A DNA stretch of 62,869 nucleotides, filler included, from an uncultured Ignavibacteriales bacterium (GTDB lineage Bacteria > Zixibacteria > MSB-5A5 > GN15 > JAAZOE01): NCBI GenBank assembly GCA_964611355.1. It is 6 parts of 6 records of this genome, joined end to end, with 100 filler letters (N's around TTAATTAATTAA, not from the genome) between each part and the next. Parts side by side here need not be neighbours in the genome. Positions count along the whole stretch, not along the records: positions 1 to 11,858 come from CAZSYD010000066.1; positions 11,959 to 23,720 come from CAZSYD010000067.1; 4 more parts are not named here. One strand, written 5' to 3'. Within the stretch, counting starts at the first letter, position 1. Every line of letters begins with the position of its first letter. Shown one piece after another: positions 10,562 to 20,665 of this stretch. The notes beneath the pieces were generated by a model. That model had not been told where the DNA came from. It did no database searches and saw only the letters and a list, made by a program, of their open reading frames with translations. A program made the translations under genes and the position numbers.

Positions 10562-10686
10562 TCGGGCAGGCTGCCGGTTCGCTCTGATGACAAAAATGAA
10601 CAGCGGTCATTGCGAGGTCGTCCCGGCAGCGTGGTAATACCAATGAACACTCGCAATTCAGTATAGCTTGTGATAAGGAGTTGAAA

Positions 10687-11858
10687 ATGGGTTATAGCGA
10701 CAAGGTCAGAGGGATATATCAAGAGCAGATTAAGGGTATTCACGACGCGGGGATTTTCAAGCAGGAACGATTTATACATTCCTCTCAGGCGGCTGACATC
10801 GAAGTGGAGTATCCGACCGGGTCTCCCCTGAAAAAAGTAATCAATATGTGCGCCAACAACTACCTGGGGCTTTCCAGTCATCCGGACGTTGTCAAGGCGG
10901 CGCATGACGGATTGGACGCGCGCGGATACGGGATGTCTTCGGTCCGCTTCATTTGCGGGACACAGGATATTCATAATGAACTGGAAAAGAAGGTTACTGA
11001 ATTTTTGGGGACGGAAGACACCATCCTTTTTCCGTCCTGCATGGATGCCAATGCCGGTGTGTTTGAAGCCATTCTCACCAATGAAGACGTGATGATTTCC
11101 GACCGGCTGGTGCACGCTTCGATAATCGACGGTATTCGCTTATGCAGCGCCATGCACGATACTTTCAAGCACTCGAACATGAAGCACCTCGAACAGAAAC
11201 TTCAGCTTCATGCCGACAAAAGGTTCAAACTCGTTATTACCGACGGCGTTTTTTCCATGGACGGAGACACCGCTAAACTCGACGAAATAGTCGATCTGTG
11301 CGAGAAATACGACGCCATGGTTTTTTTGGACGATTCGCACTCGTCCGGTTTTATCGGAAAAACCGGACGGGGAACTCACGAAAAATGCGGCGTTATGGGC
11401 AAAATCGATATTATCACGACCACTTTCGGCAAGGCCCTGGGCGGCGCTTCGGGCGGCTGTGTTTCCGGCCGAAAAGAACTGGTTGAGATGTGTCGTCAAA
11501 AAGCGCGTCCGTATCTTTTCTCCAACACTATCGCACCGGTCGTCGTTTCCGGCGTTTTGAAAGTGCTCGATATTCTTTCGCAAAGCACCGAGCGCCGAGA
11601 CAAGCTCGAATCGAACACCAAATACTGGCGAAAGGGCCTGACCGAGGCCGGTTTTGTCCTCAAGGAAGGCGATACGCCGATTGTTCCGGTAATGCTTTTC
11701 AACGCCAAACTGTCTCAGGATTTCTCCCGCGACCTGTATGATGAAGGCATCTATGCCATAGGCTTTTTCTTTCCCGTGGTGCCCAACGGTCAGGCAAGAA
11801 TAAGAACGCAGATTTCCGCCGGTCACGAGATTCATCATCTGGATAAAGCTCTGGACGC
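10687..11858 (+). CDS. kbl: 2-amino-3-ketobutyrate CoA ligase (glycine C-acetyltransferase), 3' end truncated by contig end
   Basis: CANNYLGL, SVRFICGTQ, HASIIDG, DGVFSMDG, DDSH, GKALGGASGG (PLP Lys), RPYLFSN, ARIRTQ. Confidence 0.92.
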
Positions 11859-11958
11859 NNNNNNNNNNNNNNNNNNNNNNNNNNNNNNNNNNNNNNNNNN
11901 NNTTAATTAATTAANNNNNNNNNNNNNNNNNNNNNNNNNNNNNNNNNNNNNNNNNNNN
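11859..11958. other. Artificial contig linker
   Basis: N-run/TTAATTAATTAA/N-run with stops in all six frames. Confidence 0.98.
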
Positions 11959-12480
11959 GAGATTATCGGGGTTATTGACGACATTGCCGACCAGACCAAC
12001 CTTTTGGCTCTCAATGCAGCTATTGAAGCGGCCCGGGCCGGCGAGCAGGGTCGCGGCTTTGCCGTTGTGGCCGATGAGGTCAGGAAGCTGGCTGAGCGGA
12101 CCGGCAAGGCGACCGGCGAAATTACCGGGATGATCAAGGGTATTCAGAACGATTCCAATCGGGCCGTGGCTTCAATGGAAGGAGCCGGTAAGCTGGTGGA
12201 GGAAGGTAAGGTGCTGGCCGACAAAGCGGGCAACAGTCTCAACGAGATCAATACCGTGGCCCAGCGCGTTACGGATATGATCGTCCAGATCGCCACCGCC
12301 TCCGACCAGCAGTCGGCTGCGGCTGAGCAGATATCAAAGAATATGGAGAACATTTCCAACGTGACCAAGGAGACGGCCACCGGCGCCGAGCAGTCAGCTT
12401 CCGCCGCCGAAGAACTTAATCGCCAGGCGGAAGGCTTGAAGCAGATGGTCGGCCAGTTCAAGATAAAAGAAAACGCATAA
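11959..12480 (+). CDS. Methyl-accepting chemotaxis protein, C-terminal signalling domain (5' truncated)
   Basis: [40 protein letters not shown]. Confidence 0.95.
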   Translation, partial: EIIGVIDDIADQTNLLALNAAIEAARAGEQGRGFAVVADEVRKLAERTGKATGEITGMIKGIQNDSNRAVASMEGAGKLVEEGKVLADKAGNSLNEINTVAQRVTDMIVQIATASDQQSAAAEQISKNMENISNVTKETATGAEQSASAAEELNRQAEGLKQMVGQFKIKENA

Positions 12481-12516
12481 AGGTATCTCGCGCATTTCGT
12501 CTTCTTTTTCCGGATA

Positions 12517-12549
12517 AGAAAGGCGAGCGAATCCATCGCTCGCCTTTCT
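12517..12549. terminator. Hairpin between convergent genes
   Basis: agaaaggcgagcga-atcca-tcgctcgcctttct, perfect 14-bp stem. Confidence 0.7.
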
Positions 12550-12634
12550 AAAATCATTGACAGACTACAAAACAGCTATTACTCTGAAACCGGCTGCAAG
12601 CTGTTTTCTACTTAAGTAACCGGTATGCCGGATA

Positions 12635-13747
12635 TCATTTCGTAAATCTGAACGATATCGCTTTCTCCGGACAGATTTTGATACATTCCCCGCAGGAGGT
12701 GCAGTCCGGGATCGTTTTGGATTTTCCTTCGCGCAGCGGTTTTATTGTCGGGCAGGGGCTTTCTTCTTCGCAGATGCCGCATTCCGTGCATTTGTCGTGA
12801 TCTATTCGTATTCTTCCGGGAGCTATCTTCTCGCACAACCATGTTAACGCCCCGATCGGGCAGATAAGATAGCAGAAAGGGCGATAGATTATAAGGCTGG
12901 CGATTACCAGAACCGACATCATTATTATAAAAATAGTATCGATATTCCAGTGCAGTAGTTCAAAAAAGTTTATCGGTTCATAGACGTTGAAAGCCGAATA
13001 TGCCGCCCAGAGACCCTGTGAGGTATCGGCGCCAAGTTTTTCGCCAAGATAAAGTATCTGCTCCTTGACCGCGAAGAAGGTCAAAAAGAACATCGCCAGA
13101 AGACCCATTCTAAAAGTATTAAAGGCGGTGAAGTTGAACTGTTTCCATTGGAACTTGTGCGGAATTTTATTGACCAGCTCCTGAAGCGCGCCCAGCGGGC
13201 AGACCCAGCCGCAGAAAAGCTTCCTGCCGATCAGGCTGGGAATAAAGATGGCCGCAAACATGGCGATAAAGGCCGGGAAGAATTTCCCTTGAGTGAACTT
13301 GTACATGAACAGCTTGGTGGTAGCGCACATCGGGCTGGGATGAAGAGGAAAGAAAACCTCAAGTCCGAACAGAACAAAAGCAACCGCCAGCATGGCGATC
13401 CTGACCCATCGGCTGATCCGGCGGGTAAAGAGTAAAATGAGCCCGACGATCATTACAATGAGAAAGGCGAGATATTTGCCGCTTAGAAGAAAATCCACCA
13501 CGCCCGGCGATTGGCGTTTTTGAGCCCCGCGTCCCCGGCCGCCGCCTTGTCCGGTTTTTGAACCGGCGGTTTGGTATGAATGTTCGTTCTCCGATTCACC
13601 CGATTGCCGGGTAGTCGAATCGCCAATTTCGGATTGGCCGGGATCTTCCGATGCCTGCGCCATGACCTGCCCGTTGTCCGATATGAACCAGAAAGCCGCC
13701 AGCAGGCTCAGGTAAAATATAACCGTGCATAGGGTATTGTTTTTCAT
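12635..13747 (-). CDS. Membrane 4Fe-4S binding protein (NapH/MauN/YccM-like)
   Basis: TM helices, [43 protein letters not shown]. Confidence 0.88.
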   Translation of the reverse strand: MKNNTLCTVIFYLSLLAAFWFISDNGQVMAQASEDPGQSEIGDSTTRQSGESENEHSYQTAGSKTGQGGGRGRGAQKRQSPGVVDFLLSGKYLAFLIVMIVGLILLFTRRISRWVRIAMLAVAFVLFGLEVFFPLHPSPMCATTKLFMYKFTQGKFFPAFIAMFAAIFIPSLIGRKLFCGWVCPLGALQELVNKIPHKFQWKQFNFTAFNTFRMGLLAMFFLTFFAVKEQILYLGEKLGADTSQGLWAAYSAFNVYEPINFFELLHWNIDTIFIIMMSVLVIASLIIYRPFCYLICPIGALTWLCEKIAPGRIRIDHDKCTECGICEEESPCPTIKPLREGKSKTIPDCTSCGECIKICPEKAISFRFTK

Positions 13748-14034
13748 GGGTTGAATATATCAGCGAGGTCTTCTTTGTCAATTGAAAACGGGGTAGTCTG
13801 AGATGATTATAGCGCGACATGGCAAACTTTCGGGGTAATCGACTCAGGATTTCCCGATCGCCGGGATTGTCGAACTATTGCCATTGATCCGTGTTGAAAA
13901 GATTTTTGCATTGACTTGCAAACGGTAAGGGCACCCTCCGACAGAAAATATTCATACAGCTTTTCGACAAGCTGTTTCGTAAAGATGCGTTCTATTGCGC
14001 TTTGAAACATTACGTGGAATAATACCGGTGCCGA

Positions 14035-15804
14035 TTATGACGCCTTTTTGAGCGCGGGTAACTCCTCAGTTGATTCCTTGTTCTCAGGCGTTTTAGAAAA
14101 AGAGGTTTCCGTGGATTTGGACCCGTTTTGGTTTGACAATCTCAGGGCGCGGAGATTGTCGGTGAACAGTTCCCAGGCCGATTTCTCGGTATTGGCCCTG
14201 ACTGATATATAGCAACCCCCGCAATCGGTAACGTCGGCAAACTTTTCTATAAGTTCTTCGCGGCTGTCATAGCGCTCGTCGATAAACATGGCGCACGGCG
14301 TCAGCCGTCCATCCGGGTTGATCACCAGAAATCTCCTGCCGGCGCGGCAGTTCGGTATATTGCAGTTATTCTCGTAGAAATGGCAATACCGGCGGAATAC
14401 TTTCTCTGATGTCATCACCGCATGGTAATCGTTGCGCCGGTCGTAGATTTCATCGATGATGGCGTTAAGTTTTTCGGTGTCTTCCGGGTGTCGAAGATTA
14501 AACTCGTTATTATGCGTGCGCAGATCTGTATAGATGGAGAAATTCAACTTGGCCCCCCAGCTTCCGACCAGGCGGGCCAGGTCCTTTATGTAAGGATAGT
14601 TTTCACGGGTGATGCATGAGTTTATGGTAACGTCGCCATGGCCGTACGACAGAAGCTCCGGCACCAGCCTGTTGATTCGGTTGAACAGGCCGGGGACGCG
14701 CCGGTTTTCGTCGTGGCGCTCGTCCGGGAAATCAAGCGATATGGAAAACTGCTTGATACCGGCTTCGCGAAGTTCAAAATATTTATCTTTGGTCAGAAGC
14801 GTGGCGTTGGTAATAAGGACCAGAATCGGCGGCCGATTGGGCCGGTAAAGAGCGCGCACGATTTCCGGCAGGTCCTTGCGCCACATCGGTTCGCCGCCGG
14901 CGATCTGAATCATGCTGGGCGACAATTCATCACAGATGCGCTTGTATTCCTCGGCGCCGACCGCGTTGTCTTCCACCTTTGGTCCTTTATCGCAGTGCCT
15001 GCAGTTGGCCGTGCAGTTGTGCGTAACCTCAAGAGCGACGCAGATCGGCTTCTGAACCATAAGGTTCTTGATCGTACGGGTGGCAATCCTGACCGCCATT
15101 GCTGTTGAAATATTTTTTGGCATTTTTTCTTTCGCTTTTGAAGGTTTTCCGGCCACGAGATCATACAACCAAATAAACGGCCGGGAAACAAGTTTGAAAA
15201 TTTTCCTGTAATACACCGCCGCAAACATGCCTACAAAGGCAGCGATTATAAGCCAGTTGGGAATCTGGAAGGTAAAACCAAGCAGGGCTAAAAGGTAATA
15301 CCGGGGAAACCGCCCGATAGTCACCGCCCCCAGGTATCTCCAGATCGGATATTTCGAGGCATATACCATGAATTTGAACGGGTAAAAAGGTATCGGCGTA
15401 AATCCGGCAATAACAATAGCCATAAACGGCATCTTGTAAAACAGGCGATGCGCCTGCCGGTAGAAGCGATGTGATTTGAACTTGGCTGAATATGACAGGT
15501 TCAGGATCGGAGTAAAGAACCTGTAGTCAAGATAAGCGGCCGCAATCGTTCCCAGTGTGGCCGCCGTGGTGAGATGCCAGAGGTTGACGAATTTGCCGTA
15601 CCAGACCAGAACCGGCTCATGTGGGAAAAGGGAGATGGCGCAATTGGATGGAATCGAGTATAAGAATATGGTCAGAAGGGGATAAACGTTCGGTTTAGCC
15701 GCCATCAGATAGACTCCGACCGCGCCAATGATAACCATAACCGCTCCAAAAGCGTAGACTTTCGGAGTCATCACGTCGAATTGTCGCTGTGGTTTGGATT
15801 CCAT
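14035..15804 (-). CDS. DedA/VTT membrane domain fused to a radical SAM enzyme with a twitch/SPASM-like C-terminus
   Basis: N-terminal half FPHEP...AGFTPIPF...GRFPRY (YqaA/VTT-like); C-terminal half CTANCRHC, GGEP, ITNA, CRAG...NPDGRLTPC...CGGC; single ORF. Confidence 0.85.
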   Translation of the reverse strand: MESKPQRQFDVMTPKVYAFGAVMVIIGAVGVYLMAAKPNVYPLLTIFLYSIPSNCAISLFPHEPVLVWYGKFVNLWHLTTAATLGTIAAAYLDYRFFTPILNLSYSAKFKSHRFYRQAHRLFYKMPFMAIVIAGFTPIPFYPFKFMVYASKYPIWRYLGAVTIGRFPRYYLLALLGFTFQIPNWLIIAAFVGMFAAVYYRKIFKLVSRPFIWLYDLVAGKPSKAKEKMPKNISTAMAVRIATRTIKNLMVQKPICVALEVTHNCTANCRHCDKGPKVEDNAVGAEEYKRICDELSPSMIQIAGGEPMWRKDLPEIVRALYRPNRPPILVLITNATLLTKDKYFELREAGIKQFSISLDFPDERHDENRRVPGLFNRINRLVPELLSYGHGDVTINSCITRENYPYIKDLARLVGSWGAKLNFSIYTDLRTHNNEFNLRHPEDTEKLNAIIDEIYDRRNDYHAVMTSEKVFRRYCHFYENNCNIPNCRAGRRFLVINPDGRLTPCAMFIDERYDSREELIEKFADVTDCGGCYISVRANTEKSAWELFTDNLRALRLSNQNGSKSTETSFSKTPENKESTEELPALKKAS

Positions 15805-15979
15805 CAGGCCCAAAATGTAGATATCAAATTGTAAAAGTCAAGCGGTTTCGCTCAATAAGAACCCCGAAGGTATTACCGATCAACTTCTTGCCTGTCCGTG
15901 TCCGATCTGTTACATTGATATCCAAAAAAACTTCCGGCTTGGCGAGATTTTATTTCTAAGAGTGGAATACCAGCATAAA

Positions 15980-17485
15980 ATGAAACGCCAATATATATAT
16001 GCCATAACGATTGTTATACTTTTTCTGGCGCTGATGGAAACGGCGGCGCGGATCGTGGAATCACAAATTATTTCTCCGTCCGAGCCGGCCGGTGATCGGC
16101 CCGGCTGGCAGCAAAAATTCTTCGGCTCGCTTCTTGACTGGCACGAAAATGACCCGGAGCTTCTCTGGCGTTTCAAAGCAGGCCTGGACAATCCCCTGAT
16201 CAGGACCAATTCCGACCATCTTCTGGGAGCTGAAATCCCGCATGAAAAAAACCCGAACAGCTATCGTATCCTTCTTCTCGGCGATTCATCGCCGGTCGGC
16301 CTGGGGCTGGTTTCACGTCGGCAGGCGTTCGGTGAGATCGCCCGGTACATGCTCGACAAGCGGATAGGCGGAGGTCGACAGGTTGAGTTGATAAACGCAG
16401 CCGTCTCGGGTTATACCAGCGAACAGATGGCTCGCTTTCTGGAAATTCGAGGCTGGAGCTACGACCCGGATATCGTTATTCTTTATTGCGGCAATAACGA
16501 TGCTTCGATTTCCGGGACGCGTTACGATCGGGAAATAATGACGGGTCAGCGATTCAAATCGTTTCGCATCTTTCTGTCCCGGTTGGCGATCTACCGGCTG
16601 ATGCGCGGCCTGCTTCTCAATCGGCCATCAACTGATGGTAATAGGGAACTTCAGCTAAAGGTCAGGGTTTCGCCCGAAAGATACGGCGAGAATCTAACGA
16701 ACATATATCAACAGTGCCGACAACATAACCGTCCCCTTATTATTATAAAGCCGCCGGTGCCGTACCTCTGGCCGGCCGGACTGCAGTTCAGACCGTTTAT
16801 GCATGTTACCGATCGGGAAGGGGAGGTGATCCTCCCCGAGGAAATAGCCCGGATGCTGGGTCGGGAAATCTCTTATTGTCTTGATGAAGAGCGTTTTCGT
16901 GAGCTTTACGGGAAGGGTGATGTTTTTACGCAGGCGGTTTACCGTTCCGGTTTTCAGGATACCCTGACTTCGACGGAAGCAATTGAATATTATGCGGACC
17001 TGATCGTTTCTGAGCCTGATAATCCGCTTTACCATAACAATCAGGGAGTTGCCTTCTGGCGTAACAATGATTATGAAAAAGCGGATAAAGCATTAAAAAA
17101 AGCTCGGCAGCTTTATCAATCGCACCGGAAAAATTCTCCGGCTGCGGAAGCGGCCGGTTCGCCGATACTGTTCAATATCGGAATAAACCTCCTGTCGATG
17201 AAAGGGGGCAAGTCGCCGGCTTTATTTGATACGACCGGGATTGCTTTCCGGTATCTCGATTCGGCGCTTCAGGCCGATTATTTTTCCTTACGCATAAAAC
17301 GAGGCTACTGGCGCGCCATAGACGAGTTGAACGGCAGGAAAGGAATAGCGGTCCTGGATTTGCCGGAAATATTCGCTGCCAACGGCGGTGAAAAACTTTT
17401 TATCGATCACTGTCACCCTACGCCCGAAGGGCACAGACTGATAGCGAAGGAGATTGTCGGGACAATAACGGATCATAACTGGTAG
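15980..17485 (+). CDS. Membrane-anchored SGNH/GDSL hydrolase with TPR insertion
   Basis: N-terminal TM; blocks GDSS, NAAVSGY, GNND, DHCHP; TPR-like PDNPLYHNNQGVAFW. Confidence 0.85.
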   Translation: MKRQYIYAITIVILFLALMETAARIVESQIISPSEPAGDRPGWQQKFFGSLLDWHENDPELLWRFKAGLDNPLIRTNSDHLLGAEIPHEKNPNSYRILLLGDSSPVGLGLVSRRQAFGEIARYMLDKRIGGGRQVELINAAVSGYTSEQMARFLEIRGWSYDPDIVILYCGNNDASISGTRYDREIMTGQRFKSFRIFLSRLAIYRLMRGLLLNRPSTDGNRELQLKVRVSPERYGENLTNIYQQCRQHNRPLIIIKPPVPYLWPAGLQFRPFMHVTDREGEVILPEEIARMLGREISYCLDEERFRELYGKGDVFTQAVYRSGFQDTLTSTEAIEYYADLIVSEPDNPLYHNNQGVAFWRNNDYEKADKALKKARQLYQSHRKNSPAAEAAGSPILFNIGINLLSMKGGKSPALFDTTGIAFRYLDSALQADYFSLRIKRGYWRAIDELNGRKGIAVLDLPEIFAANGGEKLFIDHCHPTPEGHRLIAKEIVGTITDHNW

Positions 17486-17551
17486 ATTGCCTGTGCGCCA
17501 TTGAGCGGAAAAAATCAAAGACCCTGTTTTATTGCAATGGCAGTTCGGCGA

Positions 17552-18019
17552 TTATTTCAGTATTTCAGGAGTTACCATCCAGTCGAGCGACCAGCGCTTA
17601 TTATCATTTCGAATAAGACAGACTATCCCCGCATTATGGAAAGCAACGGCAGACCTGTCCTGATCGCCGGTCAGAAGCAGCGACGCCAGCCTGTCGAGAT
17701 GCGGCAGGTGCCCCACGAGAATGATATCTTCCTGCATTCCTTTTAGTCTGTCAACCCAGATAGTCGGGTCTGCCGTCGGATCGAGGCCCTCGGCCTGACT
17801 TACTTCCGGCGCTTGTTTGGTGTGCTCCGCCAGGATTTCGGCCGTCTGCCTTGCTCTTAACTTGCCGCTGTGAAAAATCGTTACCGTCTTTAAGCCGACG
17901 TTGGTATCGACAAAGGCAGTTATTTTACCAAGGTCAGCCGTTCCTGTTTCCGACAGCGGTCGCTCGGGATCCGCCTCTTTCGGTTTGGCCTGACCGTGTT
18001 GAACCAGATAAAGTCTCAT
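17552..18019 (-). CDS. sixA: Phosphohistidine phosphatase SixA
   Basis: LYLVQHG, RPLS, HSGKLRARQTA, LVGHLP. Confidence 0.9.
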   Translation of the reverse strand: MRLYLVQHGQAKPKEADPERPLSETGTADLGKITAFVDTNVGLKTVTIFHSGKLRARQTAEILAEHTKQAPEVSQAEGLDPTADPTIWVDRLKGMQEDIILVGHLPHLDRLASLLLTGDQDRSAVAFHNAGIVCLIRNDNKRWSLDWMVTPEILK

Positions 18020-18164
18020 CCGCTTTGTCCCTTGCTTTTTGTTTTAGTCAGCGTCTCATCGTTTTTCCATTGAATACGATTACCGATAAATAATGCAATA
18101 AAAAGAAAATGCGCGCGATTTCCACTCGGCGGAACAAATCACGTTTCGCGGAGATCGCTCGATA

Positions 18165-18193
18165 TTGACATTGTTTCTCGTGCGCAGTATCAT
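18165..18193 (+). promoter_or_regulatory. Sigma70-type promoter
   Basis: TTGACA-N17-TATCAT upstream of the deacetylase. Confidence 0.65.
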
Positions 18194-18229
18194 GCCTGAA
18201 ATTGAATCAACGATTTGAGTTACAGCTTT

Positions 18230-19078
18230 ATGAAATGTCTCTTTTCGGTCGACGTCGAGGACTGGTATCATATCCTGGATATCTCCGGCGCGCCTTTAAT
18301 ATCCGAATGGGACCGGCTGCCGTCGAGAGTGGAAAAAAATTTCCGGCGGCTGCTTGATGTATTAAATGCGAAAAACGTAAAGGCCACCTGCTTTTTTCTG
18401 GGATGGATTGCCGAGCGTTATCCGCGGCTGGTCACGGAAGCGCATAACCGGGGTCACGAGATTGCTTCGCACGGATACTCGCATAAGTTGGTATATGAAA
18501 TGACGCCTCGGGAATTTTTTGAAGACGCTTCACGTTCAAAAGCGATCATTGAGGATATAATCGGCCAGCCGGTAACCGGTTTTCGCGCCCCCGGGTTTTC
18601 GGTTACGGAAGCAACGCCGTGGTTTTTCGAGATGCTTGTCCGGGCCGGGTACCGATACGATTCATCGGTTTTCCCCGCGAAACGCGGACACGGCGGCATG
18701 AAATCAAACAGATTTTCGCCGTACCGGGTTGGCGAGGTCTCCGGCGGGCTTATTGAATTTCCTCTTACGGTTACGAAAGTATTCGGCCGCCGCGTGAGTT
18801 TTTTCGGCGGCGGCTACCTGAGGCTGTTTCCTTATTCGGTTATAAGGAGGATGGCCGGCAGGGTGCTGAAAGAAAACCGGCCGGTGATCTGGTACATCCA
18901 TCCCCGTGAGATTGATCCCGATCATCCCCGCCTGCCTATGAATTATTTCCGCCGATTCAAATCTTATTGCAATCTGAAATCGACCGAGACAAAAATAATA
19001 AAACTGCTTGGCGATTTTGAATGGATGAGGTTTTCCGATTATATTAGCCTTGACACCGGACTGCGGGAGATGCGATGA
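18230..19078 (+). CDS. Polysaccharide deacetylase (CE4, DUF3473 type)
   Basis: SVDVEDWY, ATCFFLG, HEIASHGYSH, GFRAPGFS, YDSS, GGGYLR, YIHPREID. Confidence 0.9.
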   Translation: MKCLFSVDVEDWYHILDISGAPLISEWDRLPSRVEKNFRRLLDVLNAKNVKATCFFLGWIAERYPRLVTEAHNRGHEIASHGYSHKLVYEMTPREFFEDASRSKAIIEDIIGQPVTGFRAPGFSVTEATPWFFEMLVRAGYRYDSSVFPAKRGHGGMKSNRFSPYRVGEVSGGLIEFPLTVTKVFGRRVSFFGGGYLRLFPYSVIRRMAGRVLKENRPVIWYIHPREIDPDHPRLPMNYFRRFKSYCNLKSTETKIIKLLGDFEWMRFSDYISLDTGLREMR

Positions 19079-19722
19079 CGGCAAAAAAAAACGCCTCCGA
19101 TTTTTTTGATTCATACGCCCATGACTTCGACGCCATCTATGGGCATAAAAATAGCTTCATTAACCGATTGATTAACCATTTCTTCCGCAGGAGTATGAGG
19201 CTCAGGTATCGGAAAACGATTGAAGAATGTTTGCCGGTTGAAGGCAGGACGGCTCTTGATATCGGCTGCGGGCCGGGGCATTACTGTATAGCCCTCGCCC
19301 GGCGGGGGATTGATGAAGTGTGGGGGATAGATTTTGCTCCCGCTATGATTGAGCTGGCTCAGCAAAAAGCCAAGGCCGCCGTGGTAAGTGAAAAGTGCAG
19401 GTTTATCACGGGTGATTATTTGGGCTATAAATTTGACAGAAAATTCGATTATTGCGTCCTCACCGGATTTATGGATTATGCCGCCGATCCGGAGCGGGTT
19501 ATAAGTAAAACTTTATCTTTGACAACTTCAAAAGCGTTTTTCAGTTTTCCCGCCGCCGAAGGTTTTCTGGCCTGGCAGAGGCGGGTCCGTTACAAGGGGA
19601 AATGCGATCTCTATATGCACAGCCGCGAAGAGATCGAAAAGCTGTTTTTGGGAAAATCGTGCCGGGATATAGGAATTGAAAAAATCAGTCGGGACTATTT
19701 TGTGACGGTTTTGATGGAATAA
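19075..19722 (+). CDS. Class I SAM-dependent methyltransferase
   Basis: LDIGCGPG, GIDFA; ATGA overlap with the deacetylase. Confidence 0.9.
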   Translation: MTAKKNASDFFDSYAHDFDAIYGHKNSFINRLINHFFRRSMRLRYRKTIEECLPVEGRTALDIGCGPGHYCIALARRGIDEVWGIDFAPAMIELAQQKAKAAVVSEKCRFITGDYLGYKFDRKFDYCVLTGFMDYAADPERVISKTLSLTTSKAFFSFPAAEGFLAWQRRVRYKGKCDLYMHSREEIEKLFLGKSCRDIGIEKISRDYFVTVLME

Positions 19723-19741
19723 AGAAACAGAGAATATTCAT

Positions 19742-20665
19742 TTACGAATCGACGAACCTTATATTGCGCATCAAACCCTTGTATTTGGCCCGTTTGACAG
19801 CCGAACCGCGAAAAAGTTTTTGATAACGTTCTTCCGTCAATGTCCGCCACTCATCATCAGTCATCGCGAAAATCTCCGCCAAAGGCGTAAATTCCGATTC
19901 CCGGTGCGGTCCGGAGAAGCGGTTAAAGGGACAGACATCCTGGCAAATATCGCAGCCGAATATCCAGCCCTTATATTTACCTGTCAATTCTTTGGGTATG
20001 GCTTCTTTTAATTCAATAGTCAGATAAGATATGCATTTGGCGGCGTCCAGAACGTACGGTTCCACGATTGCGCCGGTGGGGCAGGCGTCGATACATCGCC
20101 GGCATTCCGCGCAATGATCAGCCGTCGGCCGGTCGTACTCCAACTCGATGTCGAGTAAAATCTCGGACAGAAAGAAAAAACTGCCGGCACGAGAGGTCAG
20201 CAGGTTGGTGTGTTTCCCGATCCATCCTAGGCCGGATCGGACCGCCAAGGCCTTCTCCATTACCGGGGCGCTGTCAACGCAGGCGCGGGCATTGACCTCG
20301 CCCAGTTCTTCCCGGATATAGTCAATAAGTCTATTCAGTTTTTTACTTATGACTCGATGATAATCACGGCCATAAGCATACTTTGATATTACGAATTTGC
20401 TTTTTGGTGCGAGCGCCGGGTGTGGGTAGTAATTGTACATCAATGACACTACCGACCTGGCCTCCGGCATCAGGCGACGCGGATCGACGCGCATATCGAA
20501 GTTATCGGCCATGTAAGCCATATCTCCGTTCATGTTCCGCCGCAACCAGAGCTCCAGTCGGGAAGCTTCAGTCTCAAGAAACCCGGCTCGCGATATCCCG
20601 CAACCGGCAAAACCAAGCTCACCGGCCAATCGCTTGATAAGCCGCGTTTGCGCCGTTTTATCCAT
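19742..20665 (-). CDS. queG: Epoxyqueuosine reductase
   Basis: YAYGRDYH, VDSAPVME, GLGWIGK, CAECRRCIDACPT, CISYLTIE, FGCDICQDVCPFN. Confidence 0.95.
   Translation of the reverse strand: MDKTAQTRLIKRLAGELGFAGCGISRAGFLETEASRLELWLRRNMNGDMAYMADNFDMRVDPRRLMPEARSVVSLMYNYYPHPALAPKSKFVISKYAYGRDYHRVISKKLNRLIDYIREELGEVNARACVDSAPVMEKALAVRSGLGWIGKHTNLLTSRAGSFFFLSEILLDIELEYDRPTADHCAECRRCIDACPTGAIVEPYVLDAAKCISYLTIELKEAIPKELTGKYKGWIFGCDICQDVCPFNRFSGPHRESEFTPLAEIFAMTDDEWRTLTEERYQKLFRGSAVKRAKYKGLMRNIRFVDS

Noticed and set aside
10584..10600. CTGATGA, as in a hammerhead core or fluoride riboswitch
   Set aside because: No GAAA/stem II-III arrangement and no fluoride-riboswitch 5' stem.
10687..11858. The AOS enzyme as serine palmitoyltransferase or BioF
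   Set aside because: The motifs SVRFICGTQ, RPYLFSN and ARIRTQ are Kbl-specific, and the partner ligase has an acetate-sized pocket.
17552..18019. SixA has QHG instead of RHG
   Set aside because: The catalytic His is retained and the QHG variant is, to my knowledge, common in SixA homologs.
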